From assembly GCF_021869535.1 (NCBI RefSeq), contig NW_026262680.1:372001-436000 (forward strand): a DNA stretch of 64,000 nt, written 5' to 3'. Made by a program: the position numbers and the translations under genes. How positions within the stretch are numbered: position 1 is the stretch's first letter; each line of letters opens with the position of its first letter. The notes beneath the pieces were generated by a model that did not search any database, was not told the DNA's origin, and worked only from the letters and a program-made list of their open reading frames with translations. This DNA comes from Mytilus californianus. Taxonomy: Eukaryota. Shown in pieces: positions 1 to 10,224 of the stretch.

Positions 1-88
1 TCCTTGTTTTTAACTAGCCACCAAAGACTTCAAAAATTGTAAAGGAACGCCATAGGTGCATGTTTTTTGTTACGTGCGAAAGACTTTT

Positions 89-545
89 TTTAGAAGCTGT
101 ATGTTTGTATTTCTCGTATGGTTTTATTTTGTTCCACCGTGGTCGTTATGTCTTATTAAGTTTGGTAGGGAAAAGGAAATAAGTATAGTATCAGCTCAGT
201 ATCATAAATGCAAGATTTAGTTAAAAAGTGTGCGATGTTTTTTTAAGAAGAAGCTATGCGTTTGTATTTATTGTTGTATGTTGATCTTTGTCCAATTGTG
301 TTAGCCATAAATAACTCATCATAGATACGAGGCCTAACATTTTGTACGCTAGTCGTGCGTGTGAGAATGGTTTCTTGGAAGCTGTATGTTTGTATTTCTC
401 GTATGATTTTACTAGGTTCCACTGTAGAGGTTATTTCTTATATTAGTTTGGCAACAGAAAGGAAATATGTATAGATTCACTCCAGTATCATAAGTGCTAG
501 ATTAAGTTTAAATATGTGAGATGGTTTTTAAGAAGATGTGCCTGT
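89..545. repeat. Diverged ~155-bp tandem repeat (about 3-4 units), interrupted by a short insertion at ~305-365
   Basis: The motif (a/g)gaagct(g/a)t(a/g)(t/c)gtttgtattt recurs at ~92, ~248 and ~378, with a weaker copy at ~530. 92-245 aligns by eye with 378-530. Confidence 0.6.
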
Positions 546-1044
546 ATTTATAGTTTCTTATTAAACTTCTGTGGTAGCCATCTGAAATTTTAATTGGCAA
601 CAACACCTCAAAATTGGTTTTAGCCTATCTATAGATAAGTTCTATCCTATTCTAAATCTGTATGGCAAAAAGGTCTTTGCAATCTCAGGTATTCAGCATA
701 CATATGTTATGCAATAATCCACTCACAGAACCAAAGTCAATGTAATGTGACTGTGTTGCAAGTATTCCGATAAATTTTAATGCAAAAAAAAAAACGGTCA
801 TTCTGTCAAGGAGAGTACCTCTGCAATAGCCTCAAATTGATTTGTCTAATTCAAATTACATTGACACTAAAGTCTATTTGTAATCCATAAAGGAAAATAT
901 GTATTTTTCATACTATCCGTTTCGGTTAAGATGCAAGCATATATAAATATATATAAGCAAAATATATAAATTTCCTTCTGAGGGATAATCTGAAATTTCG
1001 AGATCGCTACTTTAAGTTGTTAGAAAGTGATAGTACATAAAAAA

Positions 1045-1394
1045 AAACTCATCATGAATACCAGGCCAGACGCGCGTTTCGTCTACAAAAGACTCATCAG
1101 TGACTCTCGAATAAAAAAAAATTATAAAAAGGCCTAATAAAGTACGATGGTTAAGAGCATTGAGGACCAAAAATTCTGATAGGTTTTGCCAAATACAGTT
1201 AAGGTAATTTATTCCTGGGGTAGAGAATCCTTAGTATTTGAAAAAAAATGCTATGTCAACAGTTAATTTATAATTATGATCATATCAATGATAATTCATG
1301 TCAACACAGAAACCTCCACCAGCAGTGGCATCGATCCAATGGTTGTAAATAAACTCATCATAGATATCAGGATTATAATTTTGTACGCCAGACG
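1045..1394 (+). mobile_element. Interspersed ~350-bp repeat with ~50-bp terminal direct repeats (unclassified, non-autonomous)
   Basis: aaactcatcat..atacc/atcagg..gccagacg occurs at both ends (1045-1075 and 1345-1394). Partial copies lie at ~305-365 and 4964-5100. Confidence 0.65.
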
Positions 1395-2749
1395 GCAACA
1401 TATTGCATATTGACTTGTTTTCAGATAATTATCTTCCAATGATATTTTCAAACGGAATCAAAATACCAAAAACGAAAATAAAAAGTAATTGTTCAGAGAA
1501 CACCCACATGCTTTTCCACTTATAATTCAAATTGAAAATATCTGAAAATGGGGGAAATACATGTTGAAGAAATCAGGTGCTCTAAAAGATATGATTTCCT
1601 CTTTTTAAAAAGAAAAAGAGATATTTTTAGTCCATTTTATTGTAATCAGATAGCTTACATTACGTTGATTAAAAAAATCAGGGGGCGTGCCTTTTCGTGA
1701 AATAGAAGGTTCTTCCAGTTTACCTAAAGCCCAATTACTTCTCTTTTTTTAATTGCAAACTGATTAAAAGAAATATTCAGCTTTGAAACTGTTCGATGTC
1801 GCAACTTACAGGGAACAACTTTTATCAATAGCTGGTACTATTTTTAGGAAGAAGAGATAACAAACATCATACAGAACATGGCCTTGGCCTTTGACCTTGG
1901 TATTATGTTCATACTTATGGATCATGGACTTCAGGTTCAAGGTCGCAATGATTTACCAACTTCCAAGTAAGGACCAAAACTCGTCAACTAGGCAATCAGC
2001 CCTTGCTGTCACCGGTTTTTTTTTCTGTTATCTTTCTTTTACTATTTACTATATTGTTCTGTGACATAACAATTTTAAGACTGTCATATTCTGATGTAAT
2101 CTACAAGCATTCAAATGTACGTTATTCTAGCATTCGCTTCTTCTTTTGGGTTCTCATAAGTGGCATTACGATGAAAGTTATAGTAAATGGGCCGTGTCAC
2201 AGAACTGTCTTAAGTGTTCAAAATCTAATAAAAATGACTTACTTAAACAAAATGAAACATCAAAAGTATAGATATGTATTTTTCCAGTTACAAATTTATT
2301 TCGTTTCGTAACGAAACCCCTACTCAATGCAACTATAACACACACACATTAAATTTACAAATATAATTTAATAAATTGTCTTCAGTTCGATTTACGGCAC
2401 TTTGGTATTATGGTTGTTTGCAAGCGTGTTATAAAATCTATTAAATATAGTATTTTTTGTCCTATTTCATATATTAAGTCCAGCAACATTTCAATTTACG
2501 TTGTGCAGCAATAAATGGGTCTGACGGTCACCTCTTTAGCCAATGTAAAAATGAATAAATAAGTGTTATCTGAGCCACTTCACTGAAAGAAAATTTTAAA
2601 ACTATAAATATGTCTAAAGTGTTTGATTTCGTGTTTTATTGTTAAATTCTTTAATTGTAATTTGTAATTAACTTTGAGTCAAAATGGAAATTTACTAGCT
2701 TACCACCCATACATCGGGCGAGTGTTGGTACAGGAGTGTGCGTTTCCAC

Positions 2750-2977
2750 TGTCTATAATTTTAAAATTCTGCAAGTTCATATATTTTTGCGTGCATTTAT
2801 TTTTGCGATTTCTGGAGAATGGACAAAAATGCAAGATTAATTATTAAAATTTCAGTAAATTCTGCATACACATAATGATATCAAAACTTTGAAAGCGTGT
2901 TTTTGTTTTTGCGACCATTTCGTCGCTTTTTTTTTCACAATAATAAAAACATCGCAAAAATTTAAGAATTTACAGTA
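2750..2977. mobile_element. MITE-like element with tactgtaaattc-type TIRs
   Basis: The right end cgcaaaaatttaagaatttacagta is an imperfect inverted repeat of the left end cactgtctataattttaaaattctgca. A related terminus tactgtagattctgaaatttttgca occurs at 51780. Confidence 0.5.
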
Positions 2978-3800
2978 TTCATCGAACCCTGTGTCTCGCA
3001 TATATTTGCTGCTGTCAATGTCAAAAAATGATGTTGACTGCCAAATAACAAAGTATATTAATAAGAAAACAAAATGGAAAAAAACATAAATAAAAATGCT
3101 CCATTTTGCTATTGTTTTTTTTTAATATTATGAAAAAGCATCTGTCCAAGTTTCATAAAACTCCATGAAAGTTTGACGATGTTGTAATGTCTTAAAAAAT
3201 AAACGACAGACTGTGTCTGTAAGCTGCAAAAAAGTCCAATTCACAGTAAATACACCAAATTAATAAGGAATTATTTTTGTTTCAAAATTGTGTTATGAAT
3301 ACTATCTTTTGATCATGACGAAGGTTTTGTCTATGTTTCGTAAAATTCCATGAAGGCTTGAAAAATAAATTTATGATTTATGTTTCACAGACTGAACATA
3401 AATTGTTATGACACAAAGGACACTAAAATGATAAAAGAATGTATTGAATGGCTCTGTCTCGCCGTCGCGACTTTCTTTGCAAGTGATAAAAACATACGGT
3501 TTATATAGTTTGACAAATTTTTCAATAGTCCATATGTTTATAAATCAAGATATAAATGATACTAACTGCAAGGCTCGTCAACTCAAATTATATATTGCAA
3601 AAAGACAGCTTTTTTATATGGCTTTCTCGTCCTGTTAGTCTTATACAGATACAATGGTATATTGATGTTAAATGTGCAGTTGCAAATAGTAACTTCGGAA
3701 AGTTGGGAGAGCCTATGATTTTGCTTTGGAAATAATAAATGTCGATATTTTTAACAATTTTGGACGAAAAATAGTTTGAGGGAAAACATTTTTATAAGAA

Positions 3801-4500
3801 AACAAGATTGCACACGCTGAAATGTCTCGCCTGATTTACTTATGATGGAACTCATGTTGGAAGCCTGCAATAAGAAGGTCAGTTTTACTACAAGTATCAC
3901 CTAAAATTAACATTATCAATGATCCAAGAAAATCATCTTATACACCACATATATTGGTCCTATTGCTTATAGTACATGGGAAACAAACCAAGCCATATTA
4001 CTTTAACATTGACAATTAAACCATGAAAATCATATGAACCCTACCAGACAGAAAAATGTTTACCTTACAATCATTCCATACATTAACGCAATTGACCTAT
4101 TGTTTATATTATCTGATAAACTGACAATACCACGAACACTTACCATTGACCAATGAACCATGCAAATGGTCAAGGTCATGTGAATCCTATCTAACGGACA
4201 TGTAGACTTTGCAAGGAAGTCATATACCAAATATAGTTTATCCTTTTACTTTTAATAAGTGTGTTTTTCACATGACAAAGCTATAATTTTTTTTCAAGCA
4301 GTCACTTAACAATGAAAATGAGGTGAAGGACAAAGGACATATGACAGACGGATACTTCGTAACATAAGGTATCTGCATATCAGCTTTCAAGCATCCAGGT
4401 CTTGTACCTTCTCAAATATATAGCTTTATGCAAACAGTTTACACCGTCGACGCCCCGCCGCCTCCGCCGAATTGTAATCTCTATGTCTCGCATTCTACGA
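3801..4500 (-). mobile_element. Helentron/HINE (pearl/DINE-1-like) non-autonomous element
   Basis: Starts aacaagattgcacacgctgaaatgtctcgcc, ends with a ccgccgcc tract and tatgtctcgc, and has internal tgacc/ggtca-rich subrepeats. The layout resembles bivalve HINE-type elements as I recall them. Confidence 0.55.
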
Positions 4501-4859
4501 CTTTCAAAAATCTTTAGAACCACATCTTCATTGGCGAAAGCTTATCATTTGTGTTAAAAAATCTATATTATATTTAAACAATTTTAGAAAATTTAACACC
4601 GGAATAACTAGTATTATTGGTCTTCAACCTAATGGAAAATTCGCGATAGCCCTATTGAAGCGTTTAACTATGACCTAACATGATCAGTCAAATATGGGGT
4701 CTACATCTGTCAAGAGAATCTATTCATGCTGGAAGATCGTATATTGACCAAGAAATGTCACACCTTTTTGTGTATCGTTGGGTTACTGTCTCAGTAACGT
4801 ATTACCCAAAAGCTTGTACTCATATAAAACAAAAATAAATTCATTGATCTGAGCTCAAT

Positions 4860-4945
4860 GAACAGGTTGCTGTGTTTCTTTACAATTTTAACCCATGGTC
4901 GTATTAATCGAATACTATCGGCTGGAAATATTCTTACCAGCATGC
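4860..4945 (-). pseudogene. Isolated fragment of a TRIM C-terminal beta-propeller coding region
   Basis: The minus strand translates GMLVRIFPADSIRLIRPWVKIVKKHSNLF, against GKLVKIILADSIGIKQPWGIRFKKDSNQF in the intact TRIM (10270-10350). Confidence 0.75.
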
Positions 4946-4963
4946 CCTATTTACCTACGTGCC

Positions 4964-5100
4964 GTAAATAAACTCATCACAGATACCAGGATTAAATTTT
5001 GTACGCCAGTTGCGCGTTTCGTCTACAAAAGACAAGTGCACTCGAATCAAAAAAGGTTTTTTTAAGAAAACCAAACTAATTGCGAAGTTGGCGAGCATAA
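4964..5100 (+). mobile_element. Truncated copy of the 1045-1394 repeat family
   Basis: gtaaataaactcatcacagataccaggattaaattttgtacgccagttgcgcgtttcgtctacaaaagac matches 1345-1394 and 1065-1095. Confidence 0.7.
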
Positions 5101-5317
5101 ATTTCATTCAACTGTTTTGCAACGTTTTCGAAAATATAGGTATTCCAATCACGCTTTATGTTTATACCACTCGAACTTGGAACTTAATCATTTTGTATGT
5201 ATAGACTTTTTTAATATTAATCATTTTTAATTATTCTTACTTATTTAGTAGTTTGAATCAGTTGTCAAGAGAAAATATGATCTTGCATTACAACTTTATT
5301 CAAATACATTATAAAGC

Positions 5318-6900
5318 TCAAACAATTTCACACACAGCAACTTTCCTTGCTTGATAGCATGTAACAAGAAACTGGTTACTGTTGGTCTTGTAACGTATAA
5401 CCCATGGTTGTTCTATTCCGACACTATCGTATCAAATTATTCTTACCAGCTTGCCATCTTTCGTTAGTTGGTGTATATTTCACAATGAATATGCACAAAT
5501 ATACACATTCTCACTCTTGGGGTTTAAAGTTTATCATTTGTATACGTAAAGACTTTTGTTTCATTTACAAATTCTGGACACTTTATTTACTCCATCTCCA
5601 CAGATACAATGTTTGCGGTCTTGTGAATAAATAAAATAGGTGTCCCCGTTTTTTACAGTTTGTTAATTTTTGCCACTAGTGGAAGACCTTACTACATGCA
5701 AGAATAATTTGTTTGTTGACATGACATACTCAATAAACTGGATATGCGTTCTTAATTTTACGGCACATTGTCATGTCATGCGTGTTGATGATAACAATAT
5801 TATTCGCATTTGTTGATACTGAGACTATAGTGCCATTGATTTCTTCTATTTCGTATGGATTGTTTGATAGCTCAAGTTCTTTCCAGAAAGATCAATAACG
5901 TTAATTACATTTATTTTCGCAGTGTGAAAATTTACGTTCGTTCCGAAAGGTACTCCTATAACTGCGACTTTATCTGCAAATTCTTCTACTATATCATTAG
6001 TCTCTAGACGCATGGAAACATTCTTTATTTCGCTTATACCTTTTGTTAATACATCACCAATTTCACCTTATTTTCGTTAATTCTTTTCATTTCCAGTAAA
6101 CACTGCAGTTTGGACCCATGTTGTAAACATGTATCAAATATAGTAGTATAGTTATCAGCAGTACTTTTCAGACACTTTTGTTTTGTTGACTTTTCGAAAA
6201 ATTTCAGGCCTACTTCCTTCTTTGATTTGTTTATTTTGTAAGAATAGCTGCAGCCTCCTTTTTTGGAATTCGTTTGTAAGGTCTTTCCTGTTTTGTATTA
6301 ATTCGGACAGCTGTTTGCTTGTTTCATTAAGTTCTGCAAACAATTCCATTGCTTTTTCAGATGTTTTAATACCTGAAGCCGTTGCCTCGATTGTTATGAC
6401 TTATTTGCATTTTATTGTATTATTTACAATTCTGGACACTGTTTAATCAACCATTTTCAACATGAGGAAATGCCTGTATCAAGTCAGGAATATGACAGTG
6501 GTTTACCATTCGTTTGATGTGTTTGAGCTTTTTATTTTGCCATTCGATAAAGGACTTTCCGTTTTGAATTTTCCTTGGAGTTCGGTATTTTTGCTAATTT
6601 AATTTTTACTCCGTCTGCACAGATATAATGTTGCTCAATCGTTAATTTTCTTTGTTGTTTTTTTTTTTTAGTTTTCTGTGTTGTGACTTTAGTTTTCTAT
6701 GTTGTATTTTGTAAACTGTTGTTTGTCTTTTGGTCTTTTTTTCTTTTTCTGCCATGGCGTTGTCAGTTTGTTTTCGACTTATGAGTTTGAATGTCCTTTT
6801 GGTATCTTTCGCCTCTCTTCCTTGCGATAAAGTGTCATACATTGTACATAAATGTTTAGAATGATCAACGCAGTACGCCTTCACAACTGCAGTATGATTC
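5318..6900 (-). pseudogene. TRIM pseudogene (B-box2, coiled-coil and beta-propeller remnants; RING/B-box1 not found)
   Basis: Colinear nucleotide similarity to 10225-11630, including the same C-terminus (VAVCEIV* vs VVVCEIV*) and B-box2 KAYCVDHSKHLC. It has frameshifts, a ~70-bp deletion in the coiled coil near 6225, and a repeat insertion at ~6414-6820. Confidence 0.9.
6414..6820 (+). mobile_element. Composite repeat insertion (SINE-like part plus Penelope-derived 3' part) splitting the TRIM pseudogene
   Basis: TRIM homology stops at ~6413 (ttgcatttt) and resumes at ~6822 (gcgataaagtg), positions that are adjacent in the intact gene (11560-11575). 6465-6600 matches 7515-7635, and 6655-6820 matches 32500-32635 and 51420-51545. 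Confidence 0.75.
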
Positions 6901-7454
6901 AGCTATGTGGCATGGGGCACCAATACCTATGTTACCTAACTTCTTTAAGCGAGACTCGCATTTTCAACTTTCTGGTAATAAGATAATGAATGGTTGCGAC
7001 AACTTCTAAACGTACTTTGGACTGATCGATGCTGTAGAACATGTACATTAAATGTAAACAATAAACGCTTAAAAAATCTCTTGTGTTTTGTGAAGCTCTT
7101 ATTTTTGTTCTTAGATAAGTATTTGTAACTTCTCCTGTTTTTCTCTACCAAGGGTACTTTGAAATCAAACAAAACTTGGGTAAATAACTGAAATATTAGT
7201 TGCTGAGTTGGTATTATTGCTGTTAAGGACTTACATTTAACAAAAAAATATTTTGTTCTTTAATCTATTTTAACTTTTATTTTATTTTTGTTTGAATTTT
7301 TTAGTCAGTTGTGTTGTATGTCTGTGATGTATGTTTACACAGTTTTGGCTGCTGGATCCCAATTATTGTCACACTAACTTATTATATTATCTGTTTGGGT
7401 TGCTAACCTGATTTTGCCAATATACCAGAACTACAAGCAACTGTCATCTAAGTG

Positions 7455-7635
7455 GGAGGTTTCGCTAGCTTTAAAACCAGGTTCAACCCCCCATTTTCTT
7501 CGGAATATACCTTTTCCAAGTCAGGAATATGTCAGTTGTTTTTCACATGTTCCGTTGATTGATAGCGTTTAATTTTGTCAGTTTGTATGGACTTCCCCCT
7601 TTTTGAATTTGCCTTGGAGTTCGGTATTTTTGTTA
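7455..7635 (+). mobile_element. High-copy SINE-like repeat
   Basis: gaggtttcgctagctttaaaaccaggttcaacccc..caagtcaggaatatg..gccttggagttcggtatttt; the 3' half is shared with 6465-6600. Confidence 0.55.
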
Positions 7636-7800
7636 TATTTTTTAAAGCATTTGAAGTTTAATACTTAGATAAATTACACTAAGGAACGAACAATCTTATA
7701 TAGAATAGATTGGAAAATAAAGCTAAAATATGTAATTTGAGACAAATGTTTGATACATTATTAGTATCGTCTAATTCAATAATATCCAGTCTGTTATTGG

Positions 7801-7910
7801 TTACATACATCTTCCCTGCCCTTGGACAGACTGCAGCGAAATTGACACAAGATCTGCAGTCATCCAAAAACTGTTTGTATAAGCAGTTGGTTTTGCAATG
7901 ACACAATTAA
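7801..7910 (-). pseudogene. Decayed duplicate of the CRISP last (ShKT) exon
   Basis: Aligns with 15899-16011, with the acceptor (tttttatag), the stop position and adjacent 3'UTR and intron sequence conserved. It carries a 1-nt and a 2-nt deletion, and its homologous reading gives KQFLDDCRSCVNFAAVCPRA..GRCM*. Confidence 0.85.
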
Positions 7911-10224
7911 CTATAAAAAATGAATACTACAAACGTTTTTAATAATGTCAAATGTTGATAATAGTATGAAAATAAAGAAAGAACACAAATATACGAAAAC
8001 GTACAATTTAGGCAATATCTTGACTATAATAAAAAGAAGATTTGTAGTCAATGAGATTGATACCCAACTTCAAAATACATAAAAGACAGTTAGAGGTCTT
8101 CAAAAATAGTCGTCGGCTTTTCATTTTTTTTTCAATTTTGATTCAACACCGAATTACAAAAAATACAAAACGATTAAAAAATAAAATTGTCTTTATACTT
8201 CAACCCACCCCCTTTTCAATTTCGATCAGTTATATAACAAAAGTACATAACAGAACTTACAATAACAATCAGTGAAGAAAAAGCACATCAAGCATGAAAA
8301 TAAAATAACAAAAACAATAAATAATAGACAATACCGTACCAAAAGAAGCTCAATGTGACTGAAAGCAAATTCAATGAGATTTACCTGACGATAAGCATAA
8401 TCATGCCATCCTACACTGTAGAAACGGAGTAGATTTCATTTTTTGATAGAATACCTAAAAACTGATTCCAATCGACGTTTTAACACTAACTCAACCATTA
8501 ACTTGCGATAGGTTCAAGGACAGATCGTTAAAAAACGATACTGATCTTGTAAACAACCGACAGAAAACATGCATTAACGAGAGGTATTATATACCACCGC
8601 TAGTGATTCAAACCAGTTAAGACGAATTAAATAGGGTACCTACGAAAATGCTTCTTAAAAATCACATTGTAATGGTGTAACTATATAAAACTATTTGGTA
8701 TTATACATGTATATAAAAGGCTAATTGCGCAAAATTAACATTGCATTGTCATTCATATCATATTTCACGCGCAAACTCGTGCAATACATTCTTCTCGGGT
8801 CAATAGTACATCATATAGATCCAATAACCCTTGGATATGAGGTATGACGCATGCCAATTAGTCGTGTATCAACTCTAGACTGGTACAGGAAAAATTAAAT
8901 TAATACACCAAATAAAATCAAAAATATTATGCTGACATGAACCATCTGCATTTCATTCTTTGTCTATTTTAACGATTTCAAAGGAGAAGAACTAGCAAGC
9001 AAACACGAAACCTACAATGTCAACTTTATATTTAGCCTTGAACAAAATTTACGTCAAATGTCATTGATTCAAAGAAAGAAAGAACCTAAGCCTAATATGC
9101 ATAGTTTATGATTCAGCAAACTTTAAACTTCTAAAAGGAGAAAAATTTCTATAAGAAATCACGAGATCATTTTGAATCATCAGTTATGTAGCAACTTAAA
9201 CATGACAAAAAACTTGTATATGTAACTGTTTCGGTTTCTGTGGAGTAACGAGATAACAAGCGAAGGACAAATCTGAAATATGACGTTGACCTTTCACCTT
9301 AATTTCAATTTCCTAGTTCTCATTGGCTAGCGGTTAATGAGTACAGAAAGATAAATAACTCTAATAATAAGTTATCGTATAACTTTGTTCGACATTGATT
9401 GAACAATTTTGAAGATGTCAAGAACAATAAGTTCAAAAAGATGTCGATAACTTTAACGGTTTAAAATGTGTAGCGATAACAAATATATCATTTTAGGATA
9501 GACAATACTCATTAAAAAAAGTGTTCGGATACGTAAGGTTAATAGCCGGGAAACAAAAAAACACAATTTAAAAAATAAAACACAGGAAGAAAACAAAAAT
9601 AAGAACAATATCAAATTGTATGTGCAAGAAAAGATGAAAAGACTAAATGACCAGACAAAAAAACAATACTAATATTTAGAATGTAATTATTTTTTGTGTT
9701 ATCTAAAAATGCGATTGAATGTACATTGCAATTATGAGAACTCGCATATAAATATTCTATTCCAATTTTGTGGACTAAATATGGTGTTACATTCCGTCAC
9801 TTTTGTTGAAAACTCGTAACTAAAAATGGAAGCCTAAAACTTTACAATTGGAGAAGTCAGTCAAAGATGCCATCTACATCTGTCATGTATATCTGTCTAT
9901 TGTATAAAACGGCATAGTGACTTCTAGATTTTGTGTCAATGGGGTGTGTTTTTTAACGACGTATAACCTACATCATTTATTATTTACATGGAAATAAATG
10001 TGTTCAAAGATCTAATCACTATTTTGTATCCTCCCTCCTGACACATTAAAAGTGTACACATTCTACATATATATACTGATCCTTTTTAAAATATTCTTTT
10101 CTGACATTTACATGAATCAGCTTTAATAAATAATTGTCTTACTTACTCAATTATTAGAATCTATCTACAAAACTACATTATAGAACAGAATAACTCTACT
10201 GAAGTATACATTACACTGCAATCT

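Noticed and set aside
2003-2311. 102-aa ORF and most other 60-120-aa track ORFs
   Set aside because: Low-complexity F/I/L/K-rich translations typical of AT-rich non-coding DNA or repeats, with no motifs or splice support.
6945-7180. Possible continuation of the TRIM pseudogene (RING/B-box1)
   Set aside because: No Cys/His pattern or nucleotide similarity to 11640-12186. It reads only as a stop-riddled coiled-coil-like frame.
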